Source: Chiloscyllium plagiosum (taxonomy: Eukaryota). From it: a stretch of 64,000 nucleotides of DNA. Within the stretch, counting starts at the first letter, position 1; each line of letters begins with the position of its first letter. The position numbers and the translations under genes were made by a program. The notes below the pieces were generated by a model. It did not search any database. It saw only the letters and a list, made by a program, of their open reading frames with translations, and had not been told where the DNA came from. The stretch lies in NCBI RefSeq assembly GCF_004010195.1, contig NC_057751.1, positions 8,935,611 to 8,999,610 of the forward strand. Direction: 5' to 3'. Below are positions 50,558-64,000 of this stretch, piece after piece.

Positions 50558-51374
50558 TGAGTACTGTTCAACTAGGGAAGGTGCCTACAACTGTAAAATA
50601 GCCAGCTGCTTCATGGGACACATACTGGTGGAATTTTTTAATGAGGTTGTGAAGCAGTTGCTTAGATTTGACATTACTCCAGCCCTCTGTCAATTCTATC
50701 ATCTTTTGATGTCATGCTCAAGCTGATGTGTCATTCTCCGCAGACAGCCTGCTCCTGATTCTGAGCCACATTTGTAACACAGCTGGAAATCTCCCTAAGT
50801 TTTGATTCCAAACTTTATTTATATGGTTGATTCAGAATGGTTGTTGTGGCTTTCCAATTCTGGCTAATATTCTGACAGCCCAGAAGGAAATGAATCAGTA
50901 AAATTGGTGAAAGAGATAACATGGTCTGACTTTTATGCTTCAAACGGAGGTCTGGTTCATCCAGTATTTTCATTTCCAAGTGTTACTGTTTGTTTGCTGT
51001 TTCTCCATCTGGGATGCTTGCAGACTGATTTACAATTGGTTTGGAAATGCCTGAACTCATCCTGGCTTGTTGAATGTAAAGTTATTCTTGGCTATGTTGA
51101 TACGAAGTGGTTAATAGGACGTTTCTGAGACGTATGATGAAGTATTTCAGAATGAATTACAAAGTGGTATTTTAAAAAGCACTAATTCAAGTAATTATTG
51201 CTTTTAGTATGGATTTCTCTCACACACCATCCCCCATTTCCAGTATTCATTTCACACTGTTACAAGAACAAAACATCCCAAAACACTTCACAGGAGCATT
51301 GTTCAACAAAATAGGTAATTTGTTAGAATCTACAATGACTGCAGTGCCACCTCATGTTTTTCAAGATAGGTTTG

Positions 51375-51770
51375 AGACTTTGAGATACAGTCATAGACAT
51401 GTACAGCACAGAAACAGACCCTTCGATCCAATTCGTCCATGCCAACCAGATATCTCAATCGAATCTAGTCCCACCTGCCAGCACCCAACCCATATCCCTC
51501 CAAACCCTTCCTATTCATATACCCATCCAGGTGCCTTTTAAATGTTGCAATTGTACTAGCCTCCATCGCTTCCTCTGGCAACTCATTCCATACACGTACC
51601 ACCTTGTGTGTGAAAACGTTGCCCCTTAGGTCTCTTTTATATCTTTCCTCTCTCACCCTAAACCTATGCCCTCTAGTTCTGGTCTCCTCCACCCCAGGGG
51701 AAAGACTTTGTCTACTTATCGTATCCATGTCCCTCATGATTTTATAAACCTCCATAAGGTCACCTCTCAG
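51375..51770 (-). mobile_element. CR1/HER1 3' end
   Basis: ORF 51465-51755 EVYKIMRDMD...RTRGHRFRV...GNVFTHKVVRVWNELP. Confidence 0.92.
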
Positions 51771-52213
51771 AGAAAAATAATCTACATCTAGACACCAAAG
51801 ATACCATTTGTGCTTTCTGCCAGTAGTAAATATTCACTCTCTTTCTGTCCTACCTGCTCCTTCTGCAAATAGATTTGCACATTTGGTCACATTATCCCAT
51901 TAGTCTCCATAATGAGAGGAGCCTGTCTGCACAGTGGTCTGGCACATCACTCTACAGGTGCTGGGAAGACAACAGGAACAAGTCTGAGCAGAAATCCCAG
52001 AGCAAGTAATAGTCTTGGACAGGTTTGAAATTGTGGTCCTGTGGGGAAAATAGACTCCAGGCTTGATCATCAAATGGATTAGCGTGCCACCAAAGAAACA
52101 ATAGCTTGGTGAAAAGGCTGAGGGATAGCAGGGTGTTGGGAGAACTGGCAGTTAGACATTCAGCTTTGAGTATAGTAGTTACAAATTATGCGATCATGAG
52201 AGGGGAGAATATA

Positions 52214-52556
52214 GGGTGGCACAATGGCTCAGAGGTTAGCTTTGCTACTTCACAGTGCCAGGGACACGGTTTGATATCATTTTCAGGTGAGTGTCTATGT
52301 GGAGTCTGCATATTCTTCCTGTGTCTGCATGAGTTTTCTCTGGGTGCTCCCACAGTCCAAAGATGCGCTGGTTAGGTGGATTGGCCATGCTAAATTCCAT
52401 GTAGTGTCTAGGGATGTGCATGACAGGTGGGTTAGCCATGGGAAATGCAGGGCTACATGGATAGGGAAAGCCTGGGAGGGATGCTCTTTGGAGGGTCGGT
52501 GTGGACTCGATGGGCCAAATAGCCTACTTGCATACTGTAGGGATTCTGTTCTGTTC
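52214..52556 (+). mobile_element. HE1-type V-SINE, older subfamily
   Basis: Decayed tRNA head, V domain, ggattggccatgctaaatt, tail gggtcggtgtggactcgatgggcc. Confidence 0.88.
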
Positions 52557-53599
52557 AACATATTGCTTGCAAAGCAGATCAAGAGTTCCAGATACTTTAA
52601 TTCTTTTTAGATGCAGAAAGAATATTACAAAAAGATGGAGATTTTGTTTATGGAGAAAAGCTAGTCATATGTTTTATGTATGTTTCTGAAATAGTTGGAA
52701 GATTTACTCCATGACTGAGTGCAGTAAGCACCAACCCTTTTAATGATGTCATAAAGACTTGGGAGTAAAGTAGGAGCTAGCAGGGAACAGAATGGAGAAT
52801 GTAGATCATATTTCTGCATGTTGTTTGCAACAGGCTGTAGCAATGCAATAAACTTCCTATTGCTTATTCAACTCGACTTACTGTGCAATCACAAATGTGG
52901 CTACCCTCATTTATGCTGTACCATTTGGTACTCACATACAAGCAGTCAACAAAAACGATGGGGAGACTTAATTTGTCGCTTCAAGGTTTTGAAAAGGGAA
53001 GGATATTAGGGAGAAGTTAAGCCTTCAATTGGTTAAAATTAAAATGAGAACTTTTATAACACTGGTAAATAACTGAAAAGTAGTAGAGAAGTTTAGTTTA
53101 GTTCAATTTCAGTCAAATTCCAAGACCTGAAAAGAAACATCCAGGAATCTTGAGGGAAGTAATGAAGAAATAGCAGAAACCCCAGAATGTGTAAATGCTA
53201 GAGAACAGTTGATCTGAACAATTACAGACCAGTTCATTTCATATATCAAGCAGAGAAAATTGGAAAATATTCCATGAAAGATGGCAAATTGCTGTGAAGC
53301 ACACAATATGCATTTCCATGTGGAAGATAATGATTTAAAAACTTGAGAGTTTCTTGAGGAGATGTCAAATGTTTTCACCCTCTTCAGCTGAAGGCACTGT
53401 CTCTTTCCCAGCCTATTGTTCCATCAATGCTTTTGATGCATTCTTCATTTGTTGGACATGAGTGAATGAGTCTGTTGGTTAACAGTGGAGGGCATGATAG
53501 CCAAGCATGCTCCTGGCTGAGACTGGTGAAAAGCAAGGATCCTGGTCCATTTCTGAGAAACTGAAGAGAGCTGAGAACAATTGTAATAGTCCAACTCGT

Positions 53600-53990
53600 T
53601 AACGAATATAAAAAAAATAAAGTGAGCCATACAGTCTCTTCCACCATTCAAATGAATGACAGTTGATCTTCAATCTCGACTCCATCTCTGTGCTCGTTCT
53701 GACTTCCCTGGATTTCCTCAGTACCCAAACCCGATCAATCTGGGCTAAGAACATGTGCAACAACTCAGAATCCACAGATCCCTGGAGTATAGAATTCCAC
53801 ATATTCACAAATCTCAAATAAAGTTATTTCTTCTCACCTCATTTGAAAATGGCTGAGCCCTTACTCAGAGACTGTAATCGCTAGTTCTCGGCTGTGCAAC
53901 CAGGAGAGATAACCTGTCAGTATCTACCATGTCAAGCCCTCAAAGAATTTGGCACTTTCAATGAGATCATCTCTTATTCTTCAAAGCTTC
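53600..53990 (-). mobile_element. Old CR1 3' fragment
   Basis: ORF remnant RFVNMWNSILQGSVD; ccaccattcaaatgaatgacagttgatc 3'UTR. Confidence 0.7.
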
Positions 53991-55196
53991 ATTACCTGAG
54001 ATGAGCAAAGTCCGATCAAACTAAGAATAATTGTTTGTTTAAATCAAACTGAATTGCTTCTTCAACTTGGGCAAAAAATAGAGGCAGCAATTTGTAACGA
54101 ATTGTGGGTAGATTTATGAAGAAATTAGTTTGTTACATGATTATCTATTATTTCCAAATCTGGAAGACACTGAAGCATACCTGGATTTGCTCAAAAAACC
54201 TTTTCATGTAATAATATCTCATTTCTGTCATCCTTGCAATTAAAAAGCATGCTTTGAAATTCCTTTGCAAACCTTAAGGGATTGCGGATCACTGATAAGT
54301 CTTTCTATCTGAATGTGTCAGAATGTCGTTAAAAATTCAAAATTTCATTCAATATTACTACTGGTCAGCCAGGCGAGGGAACACAAATTCTCCTCACCAC
54401 CCCTGATCGGATACTCGTCCAAATCAACAAAGCAAACAAATCAGCTCCCTCAATACAAATTGAATTTCTTTTTGCACACCCTTGTACCATATTGGATGAT
54501 GCATTACCCACTTTAGACATAAAAATAACCTGGTTGATTTGACCAGGCCACCAACTGAAATGATTGTTTCTTTGTTATGTCTTAATTAATGGGATTAGGG
54601 CATCACTGATTGTGTCAGCACTTATGCGCATTCTTAATTGCCCTTGAGAAGGTGGTGGTAGTCTGCAATCTTGAATCACTGCAGTCCATAGAGGGTAGAT
54701 ATACCCACAGCATTGTTCGGAAGGGAGGTGCAGGATTTTAACCCAGTGACAGTGAACCAACAGCTGATATACTTCTAAGTCAGGCTAGTGTGTAGCTTCG
54801 AGAGGAACTTGCAGTGGTGGCGTTACTGTGCATCTGCTGCCTGTGTCCTTCCTGGTGGGAATGATTGCAGATTTGAAAGATACTTCGAAAGGAGCCTTGG
54901 TGAGTTACTGCTGTACAATTTAGAAATCAATCACGTTGCCACTACTATGTATTGATGGTGAGAGAGTGGAGTTGAAAGTGGTGGATGTGATGCCACCCAA
55001 GTTGGTCATTTTGTTCTGGATGTTGTTGAGGTTCTTGAGTGTTATTGGAGCAAAACTCATCAAACTAGTGGAGAGTATGTCATCGCACTTCTAGCTTGTG
55101 CTTTGTAAATGGTAGACTGGCTTTGATGAGTCAGAAGATGAGTTACATTGGGATTCGAACCACTGAGTCTGGCTCAGTTCAATTTCTGGTCAATGT

Positions 55197-55976
55197 TGTT
55201 ATGCCGCTGAGATCAAACTCCTCTGCTAATTAGAACTAAAACACACAGAAAAGCTCACCTTGCCTCGTAATCTGTTATGAGTGTGAATGAGTGAAAGAAA
55301 ACTCCTGACTTCCACTGTTTAAGGAAAAAAACATTCATTTTCCCAACTCGAACAGTGAACACTAAACAAAAACTATGAGCAAATCCAAGCCCCCTTTTCT
55401 TAATGAATCACAATCTGACCCAACTCTATAAAAATGCTGTTCCAATAACACAATTATTACACATTAAATTAACTTAATCTCTCCAAGTCTATACAGCCTC
55501 TTTCACTCTTTGCCTTCTGGTCTTCCAAATCTGTCTTCTCCCTGGGTCGTCTTCTTCCTTATTATTGTGAGTGTCTTTGTATATAATTTCTTGGTACCTT
55601 TAATAGATGATGCCTTCTGAGATATTTATTTTGAGAGCCCCTTTCAGATGACATGTGCTCTCCAGTTCAAGAGGTAGTTATTTCTGACTAATTTTCAGAA
55701 TGCCTTCCTTTTTCTGTTGGTCCAATGTGGTCATTACAATCAAAATTCAAATTCAATTGGGTTTTGGCATCCTGGGCATAATTTAAATTAAGTGCTTAAA
55801 TTCAAATCCAGTTGCCTTCCCATCAAAAGACAACCCCAAGATGATTGTTACATATTATCAATTCTCCGCACAGTCTGCACCTGTCAGTAGTTACAGTAAC
55901 ATGTACTGTCACAATCTCAGCTCAGAAAAGGCATCTCTCTCTTAAAGTGATCATACCCTCTTTCGACTTTGTTACA
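55197..55976. mobile_element. Solo LTR (780 bp)
   Basis: Termini tgttatg...gttaca, imperfect 4-bp TSD atgt/atgg; the host LINE reads through (ttctggtcaatg|taacc). Confidence 0.75.
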
Positions 55977-57007
55977 ATGGTAACCAGGAGTTAACAGTAC
56001 AGAAGTCAGAGATGGTCGTGTTACTTTGTATCAAGAAGATATATTTGGATTCTCTGTTTTTGGAGATATTCATTGCCTGGACTTGTACGGTGTAAATGTT
56101 ACTTGCCAATTGTCAGCCCAAACCTGGATTTCCTGATGGACACAGACTGACTCAGTTTCTGAACAGTCGTGAATGTAGTTGAAGATTGTGCAATCATTAG
56201 TGAACAGCCACACTTCTAACCATATGATGGAAAGAAGATAACTGATGAAGCAACTGAAGATGGTTGAACTGTACCCTGATGAACTCTGGCAGTGATGTTC
56301 CAGGATGAGATAACTGATCTTCAACAATCACAACCCCTTTCCTTTGTGCCAGATATGACTCCAACGTCTGGAGAATTTTCCCGATTTCCACTGGTTCCAG
56401 TTTTCCTCAGGCTCCAGCTGTCACACTCGATCAAATCTGCTTTTACTAGCAGTTACTGGCACCACACTTTTGAAGGTCATTGGTTTTGTCCATATTTGGG
56501 CCAAGCCTGTAATGAGATCAGGAGGAAAAGGCCCTGGCAGAACCAAACTGAGCATCAGTGGGCAAATTATTGCTGAGCAACCACTACTTCATAGCACTGT
56601 CAATGAAACCTTTCATCACTTTGACTGGGATCTCTCCCACTTATTGTGCACAGGACATACCTGGATACCTCTCCACATTGCCAGGGAGACACCAATGTTG
56701 AGCTAACTTTGGTGGACAAGTCAATACTATTGCCAAAATATTGTAAGGGAATATAATCTTTGCAATATCTAGTACCTTATTTCTTGATATCATGTGGAGT
56801 GAATCAAATTGGCTGAAGACTGACATCTATGATTTTGGGGATGTCAAGAGGAGGCCACTCAGCACTTCTGACAATCATTGTAAATGTTTCACCCTTGTCT
56901 TTCAGACAAATATGCTGGGATCCCCCATCATTCAGACTTGATTTACGAGTGGAGCCTCCTTCTCCTGTTAATAGTTTCAAAGTCCACCGTCATTCACAGC
57001 TAGATGT

Positions 57008-57328
57008 CCCACCACAAAAGCACAGTAGTAACAGTGTGTATCATCTTACACAGCTCCATCCAAATTGGAAGGGCAAGGGTAGCAAATACATGGAAAGTTC
57101 TCCTCGAAGCCACTCATCATTTTGACTTGGAAATAAACTGCTGTTCCTTCACTGTCACTAAATCAAACATCTGGAGCTCCAACCCAAACAGTCTTGTGGG
57201 TATAGCTGTACCAAAGGGACTGCAATGGTCCAGGAATGCAGCACACGACCATCTTCTCAAGGGCAATTAGGGATGAGTAATAAATGGTGGGCTTGCCAGT
57301 GACACCTATATCTCTGAATGAAAGGAAG
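57008..57328 (+). mobile_element. Crack/L2-like LINE 3' end nested in opposite orientation
   Basis: ORF end SFTVTKSNIWSSNPNSLVG...HDHLLKGN* then ggatgagtaataaatgg; the host resumes at caggactgcagagcttagatctg. Confidence 0.75.
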
Positions 57329-59125
57329 TAACAGGACTGCAGAGCTTAGATCTGATCTTTGTGGGATCACTGACTGGGTGCAGATTCTGTTGCTTGCCAT
57401 GCAAGTGTAACAGCTTCGTAGGTCGACACCTTATTTTCAGACATGTCTGCTGCTGCTCAATGAATGATCTCCTGCTGTCTTCAGTGAGCTAATGTCAGCC
57501 TTTTGACTTGATGGAAATGGAAGACGAGGGGATGTCGAGTCATGAAGTTACAGATTGAGAATGAATACAATTCTGCAACTGCTGATGGCCCAAAGTGCCC
57601 ATGGATGCTCAGTTTTGAGTTGCTGGATAACTTTAAAACCCATTTAGCACAATGGTAATTCTACACAACACAATGGGGGGTATCTTCAAACGAAAGATGG
57701 AACTTCACCTCCATAATGTCTGTGCAGTGGTCACTCAATTGATGCTGTCCCAGACAGATGCATCTGCGACAGGTAGGCTGAGGAGGATGAGTTCACTGAT
57801 GCTTTTCTCTCTGGCTAGTTCTTTCCCCATCTGCCACAGATCAAGTCTATCAACTCTTCTCTTAAGGACTCAACCAGCTCAGTCAGCACCAAGGCACTCT
57901 AAGTGCTTGAGATCGAAGTCACCCACCAGAGGGGTCGGAGTGAGTCTGGAACGCACTGCCTGGAAGGGTGGTTGAGGCAGGAAACCGCACAACCTTCAAA
58001 AAGTTCTCGGATGAGTATCTGAAATGGCATAACATTCAAGGCTCTGGGCCTAGTGCAGAAAATTGGGACAAGTGCAAGTCGTGTATTTTTGGCAGTGCAG
58101 ATTCTGAACTGAATATTCTATGAGGTGCACTCTGTGCTATTGGTAACATCAGCAATTTTGCAATTGATGTCCAATATGGAGGTGGTCTGATTTATCTGCT
58201 CAGGGTGGGTGGAAACATTAGCTCTGCTTTCTCTCCACAAATGCTACAGACTTGTTTCTCCACAAATTTCTGTTTTTGATACTTGACATGCCTATGGGAA
58301 CAGATCTTCCAATTTTGGCATCAGTCTGCAGATGTTAAGAAGTGGAACTTTGCAGGGTCAACATTTTTAGGAATGGAATTCTCAACAGTGAGATGATCTA
58401 AGGTAGAACAGGCAATGATGGTTAAAAAAGAACAGCAGATGTTGAACATCTGAAACAAAAACATAAATTGCTGGAGAAATTCAGCGGGTCTAGTAGCATC
58501 TGTGGAAATAAAGTACAGTTAGTATGCTGAGTCCATTATGACCTCACCCAGAATTTTTGTTTTGGAAACCAGGGAATTACTTAATCTTAGTGAGATCTCA
58601 CAATGTTGATGCAGGCAAACTGTTCATCGTGTTAATGGTTCACATAGGAGGGCACACTCATTCACAATCAGACAAAGGGGTTTGGAGGGAGATTAAGGTG
58701 AAGTCAGGTGGAACATGGTCCCCAGAGAAGGAAGGGGATTGTAGAGTTAATCAGTAGGGGAAGTTGTTAAAGCAGATTATATTAACAGGTTTTAAGGGGA
58801 CAAGACAGCTTTCAGTGTGAGTTAGCAGCTGACAGATATGGTGAGAAGTTGAGTCAGTGGGATCTGTCAAACAGGGTACGTTATACCTGTTTGGATTCTC
58901 AATCAATCTTATGTCAATCTATATGGATAATACATGTTAGCTGATGTACTATACAACTAAGACCCATCAGTTTGATGTAAAAACAACAGTTTGTATACAG
59001 GTTATATTGAATAGAGGGACTTCCTACAGTTTCCTTCTCTCTTTTCACCTTTCCTCACTGCATGTCACTTACTGTTTCTAGCCTTTGGGACCATAATTGT
59101 TCATTGCCTGCTGGCATTTTAACTA

Positions 59126-59406
59126 AGATGAGATTACTTACAGTATGGAAACAGGCCCTTTGGCCCAACACGTCCATACCGATCTGCCGAAGCGCAACCA
59201 TTCCCCTACACCTAACATTCCGGGCAATTTAGCATGGCCAATTCACCTAACCTGCACATTTTTGGCCGGTGGGAGGAAACCAGAGCAAACCCACACAGAC
59301 ACGGGGAGAATATGCAAACTCCACACAGACAGTCGCTGGAGGCGGGAATTAAACCTGGGTCTCTGACCCTACGAGGCCGCAGTGCTAACCACTGTGCCAC
59401 CGTGCC
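59126..59406 (-). mobile_element. HE1-type V-SINE
   Basis: Reverse-strand tRNA head, V domain and CR1-like tail. Confidence 0.92.
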
Positions 59407-59477
59407 TCACTGAAGAGATGTCTCTTCATGTACTTGCCAACACAGTCAAAGTGGGCGAGCAATTTGACATCCATATA

Positions 59478-59635
59478 CAGAGGAATCTTGATTATCCGAA
59501 GGACACAGGCAGAGAGTATTTCACTCAGTTAATTGAATTCAAGATAATCGAATGCCAGATAACATAGTTTAGCCAAGCATCGGGACCTTGTGATCTTGCT
59601 GGATAATCCGATATTTGGATAATCGAGGTTCCTCT
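59478..59635. mobile_element. Tigger/pogo-type MITE
   Basis: TA then TIR cagaggaatcttgattatccgaa; right TIR tttggataatcgaggttcctct, with the terminal base and TA lost at the junction with a PLE-B fragment. Confidence 0.75.
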
Positions 59636-59655
59636 TGGGGGGGCAAGGGGGGTAA

Positions 59656-59805
59656 TTTCGGAGCACTGCTCCTTCATCAGGTGGTTGTGGAGGTTAAGGT
59701 CATGCTCACAGAATTTATAGCCAAAGGAGTCCTGTGTCATGGAAACGTGATACAGTAAACAATCTTAGATTGTCCACTTCAGTCCAACACCGCAACCTCC
59801 AAGTC
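59656..59805 (-). mobile_element. Penelope-like family B fragment
   Basis: Minus strand cac-CTGATGAAGGAGCAGTGCTCCGAAA (59656-59683), truncated before the cleavage site; tail agtccaacaccgcaacctcca. Confidence 0.75.
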
Positions 59806-60496
59806 AGAGATGGAGAAGTCACTGGCAAGGCCAGAATTTAAAACCAGTTCTTAACTGACCTTGTTGAACTACAGCAGTCCTTTGCTGCAGGTATACCCAA
59901 ACTACTGCTTGGAAGCAAACTCCAGTGTTTTGACCCAGGGACACTGAGGGAACAGTTATCTATTTCCAAGTCAGATAGTATGTGACTTTGGTGGGAAGTT
60001 GGAGGTGGCACTGTTCTCATATATTTTCTGTCTTTGTCTTGCTTGGTGATGACTTTTGATAGTTTGTGAGATACCACAGAAGAAACCTGCAGCACATGGC
60101 CTGCTTCCCAACAGATACCAGTGCAGAATGAGGAACAAATTTGGCTGAGCATCAAAACTGTCTTTATAAATTAGACCAGCAAGAAATACAGCACTCTTCT
60201 GAAAAAAACAATTTATATCAAAAAGATTCAGCTTCTCCCTCTCTCCACCTTTTTATCCTACTTCCCCACAATATCTTTGATGTTGATAAGTAGTCAGAAC
60301 TTTGATCGTTGGATTGGTAGAGGTGTTGGTTTAAAAGTGCCCATAATCTAGATTTGAGATGCCCATGATGTTAGCAAATTGGACTGTGCAGATTGAGCTA
60401 TGGGAAGCTAGGGAAGACTTCTTTTCATTCCTGTGGGGTATCACCTGGTTTCGGGTGAAGCAGTTTTCTGAGTTATTGCAACCATTAAGTAAGAAA

Positions 60497-60783
60497 AGAT
60501 TAGATTACTTACAGTGTGGAAACAGGCCCTTCAGCCCAACAAATCCACACCGACCCTCTGAAGAGTAACCCACCCAGACCCCTACACCTAACACTATGGG
60601 CAATTCACCTAACGTGAACATCTTTGAACTGTGGGAGAGAACCAGAACACCCAGAGAAAACCCACGCAGGCACAGGGAGAATGTGCAAACTCCACACGGA
60701 CAGTTGCCCGAGGTAGGAATTGAACCTGGGGTTTGTGGAGTTGTGAGGCAGCAGTGCTAACCACTGTGCCACCGTGTCACCCC
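60497..60783 (-). mobile_element. HE1-type V-SINE
   Basis: Same architecture as 11699-12020 with small internal deletions. Confidence 0.92.
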
Positions 60784-62419
60784 AAAAGAGAGAGAAAAGA
60801 AAATAGTCAGGGTTCCTGCATGTATGCTCAGATCCATTCTTGCTCTGTGAGTAGATTACTTCAAAAAGCAATTAATACATGTGGAAACAAACTCCATTGA
60901 CTTCAGGGAGGAAAAGGGAAAAAATTGGAAAGCAAACAAAAAAGCCGATCAGTCCAAAGGAAAGAGCTCTCCAAAAAACAGTCAGTCCCGAAGTGGTTTA
61001 CAACAAATGTGAAGGAATCAGTTCCAGACATTGCCTTCACTGTTATAATATTAACACAGTATGATGTAACTGGTGTAAATCTGAATAGGAAATCAAATGG
61101 TTCAGCAGTGTCATTCTGATTATTTCACTGTTTCTGAAGGCCCATTCGTACGTTAACTGTTCTACATATGTTTCCTGGTGTAAAACTTTCTAGATGCAAA
61201 TATTGAAGGGTTTTGTTACAAGTGCCGGACTGATGAATGGTGGATGAGGTCCAGGACACCCACTCACTTTCCAGTGATCATGTGGCAAAGTCATTAAACC
61301 TGGTAATTCCTGGAGGGATAAGGCTCCCTGTCCTTTCTAATCCTGGCTTATTTGTTACTTTGACCCCTGTATACAGACGGATACTGTGTTCCCATACATA
61401 CTTGGTTTAATTGAATGCAGTCGATATTTGATAGCAGTGAATGGTTTCCAGGTTTTTGGACTGATTCTTTCTTTTGCAGTCACGTTGCTATGATTTAACC
61501 CTAGCCTACTGTAACTGGCTTCAGAAAGCAAATAATTGTATATTGTATGAAACGTCCTTGCTGTAGGATTTCAATGCACAGATCAAAGATACTGGCTATT
61601 TTGTCCTCATTTCTCAGTCCTTCATTTTTAAAGGTTTTGACTCAAGTTGTATGATTGCTCCAATTGGTCATGCCACTCCAGGGAGGGCTGGGGTAGTAAT
61701 TAGAGGAAGCTAGTAGTCCTGCTCCTGATTGCTGTCCAGTGATCCCTACTCCTAAACAATGGGTCTGCAAATGTTGTCAGATATCTGTGGTGTCCTCATG
61801 TCCGAACACTGCCTGTCAACATTCACTGTTGAGTCTCCACATATGGTGGTCACTTGGCAAGGACCTGTACTCCAACAGTTTCAGGGAAAGGTGAAAATTG
61901 TGAAACAAAAAGAATAGCAAATATGAAATATCATTTTCAATAACTTAGACTGTACAGGTTTGTAGAAGTTATTAAGTTATGCAGGCTTTCAGCAGTTTTT
62001 ATTTGAGGTGTAGACAAGGTTAATGCAGGAAGATATTCATTTTCTAAGAAATAATCTTTGGCATGTGATTTGTGCATTTAAGGGTTTGGTTAGCACTGGG
62101 GATTGAAAGATTTTCATGTCAAGTGTCAAGGACGTCATATTGTCAGTGCCACGTGGACTAAGGTCATATACATTACAGGTTAAATGCAGATACGTCTGAA
62201 AAATATCCTATTAATGTACTGCTATGTTCAACTTAGTGCTTAAGTAAACTTTGAAGACTCATGTCTACTTTGTGGGCACGGATCTCCAGCATCTGCAGAC
62301 CTCAGTTTTTCCACAGATTACACCTAACCTAATGTTCCCGGTCCAACAGTCACTTATGGAATAATGCAGAAAGAGTTCCTGTTTTGGACTAACGTGTACA
62401 AACTTTACCTTGAGAAACT

Positions 62420-62720
62420 TAAATACAAGAATCTCAGCTGCCACTCCAGGTCAGTACTCAGGGGAGGTTTACTTGACAGAACTGCCATGAAACCAAAGAC
62501 CAGTCTGCCCTTTGAGACCAAGCAACATTATTTCAAACAGAATGGAATTTGTTTCCAGTAATTTATTTCTGAGCAATATTTATCCCTCAAACCAACATTG
62601 CAAAATATCGGACAAGAGTAACTACACATCAAAAAGTAATTAACTACCTGGAAAGGCCTTTGATAAGTCCTTAGCTTGTGAAAGATGTGATAGAAATTCA
62701 AGTGTTCTTCTTCATTCTTT
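62420..62720 (+). mobile_element. DeuSINE-like SINE remnant
   Basis: cagtactcaggggagg...gcaatatttatccctcaaaccaaca...actacacatcaaaaagtaattaact...gtgaaagatgtgatagaaattcaagt. Confidence 0.65.
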
Positions 62721-62859
62721 GATGCTGAAGATGATACAAGATTCTACTCCTAATCATGAACATTTTGTATTAATTAACACTAAATTCAATAAACACCTTT
62801 ATTTTAAACATGTGAAGTAAACTAATCCAATTCTTTCGATCAGCTTTGTTATTTGAAAA

Positions 62860-62960
62860 TATTAACAGAAAGTGCTGGAGAAACTCAGCATGTCCAACAG
62901 CATCTGTGGAAAGACAATACAGAATTAATGTTTCAAGTCCATCTGACCTGTCTTTGGAAC
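62860..62960 (-). mobile_element. Old Penelope-like (family D) pLTR fragment
   Basis: aacagaaagtgctggagaaactcagcatgtccaacagcatctgtgga; similar to 16510-16570 and 58450-58520. Confidence 0.6.
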
Positions 62961-63204
62961 ATAAGAGGCTGCAACCTGATGGTTTGCATCTGTTGACTAA
63001 GTTGTAGGAGGAGCAAGTGAAATAGATGGTGATGGTGCCCAGACCAAAGAGCAAAAAATAATGATAGGAGAGATATCAACAAAATATGTTAAAGATGTGC
63101 ATGAACAACAGAAAATAGGTAATCTTAGCTGAGAGCAAATCCATGCAAACAGAACACTGTCTGATTGTTATAACTCTAACAGTCAAATGTGAAATATTTA
63201 TTTT

Positions 63205-64000
63205 AATTTGCATGGATCTCACTGGCTAAGCTGCATTTATTGCCCAAAGGGGAAATAAGAGTCAACCACAAAGCTGTGGATGTGTATTCAAATGTAGGTG
63301 AGACAGAGTAAGTTTTTAAAAATTCATTCTTGGGATGTGGGTATCGCTAACTGCCCAGTATTTATTGCCCATCTGGAGCAATAGTTAGCATGCTAATTCC
63401 AGCAATAATTGCTATGGCAAAAGCAATGGTTGCCCCAAAGAAGGTGGCAATCAGCTGACTTCTTGAACCACATCAGTCCACCTACTATGGGTTGACCCAC
63501 AATGCCATTAGAGAATTCCAAAATTTTGACCAGTGAGAGTGAAGGAATGGCGATATACTTCCAAGTTAGGAAGTGGCTGGCTTGCAGTGAGCAAGTTTTT
63601 CCGAAGCAAGTGCTGCTTGACAGCACTGTTGATGACACCTGCCATCATTTTATTTATGATCTAGACTGGGCTGATAGGGTGGTAATGGCCAGGTTGCATT
63701 TGTCCTGCTTTTTCAGGACATAGCAGGTCAATTTCTTATATTGCTGGGTAGATGCCAGTGTTGTAACTATGCTGACAGAGCTTTTCTCAGTGAGTGGCAA
63801 GTTCCAGAGCACAAGTCTTTAATATTGTTGCCTTAATGTTGTCAGTGCCAAAAGCCTTTAAAGTCTCAAGAGCGTTCAAATGTTTCTTAATATCACACGG
63901 TGTGAATCAACTTGGTTGAAAACTGATACCTGTGATGCTGGGGAAGGAGGCTGAAATGGAATATATACTTCTGGCTGAAAATTGCTGCGAGTGCTTCAGT
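63205..64000 (-). mobile_element. MetaSINE-like and Crack/L2-like LINE fragments
   Basis: aagagtcaaccacaaagctgtgg (63260); LINE 3' end at 63320-63580 and RT-region sequence to the window end, similar to 56560-56850. Confidence 0.7.

Larger units (their letters stand above)
54570..57930 (-). mobile_element. Crack/L2-like LINE (3' end at 54570) hosting a solo LTR and an inverted same-family 3' end
   Basis: 3' end ttaattgcccttgagaaggtggtgg; RT remnants WLFTNDCTIF, VWADNWQVTFTP, LESYLAQRKGVV. Confidence 0.8.

Overview
Repeat-rich vertebrate non-coding DNA with four assembly gaps. The repeat content (HE1-type V-SINEs, SacSINE1/DeuSINE-type SINEs, CR1/HER1 LINEs) suggests a shark or other elasmobranch; this is an inference from family recognition by eye, not from a database search. 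I recognise no host protein-coding exon: the ORFs I can identify are retroelement remnants (CR1 RT/APE endonuclease, a Crack/L2-like LINE, Penelope RT and GIY-YIG). The main signal is a set of Penelope-like (PLE) insertions from about four sequence families. Most are short, TSD-flanked, asymmetric palindromes centred on minimal hammerhead-ribozyme motifs (CTGAnGA-stem II-GAAA-palindrome-TH), with 15 or more intact or decayed motifs in the window. Also present are three solo LTRs, several multi-level nested insertions, four local duplication or templated-insertion events (one a scrambled two-piece inverted copy), a low-GC CpG-rich island at about 20.9-21.6 kb (candidate promoter/5'UTR of a minus-strand transcript) and a cluster of TALE/MEIS-type motifs at about 49.8-50.3 kb. 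Boundaries of old repeats are approximate.
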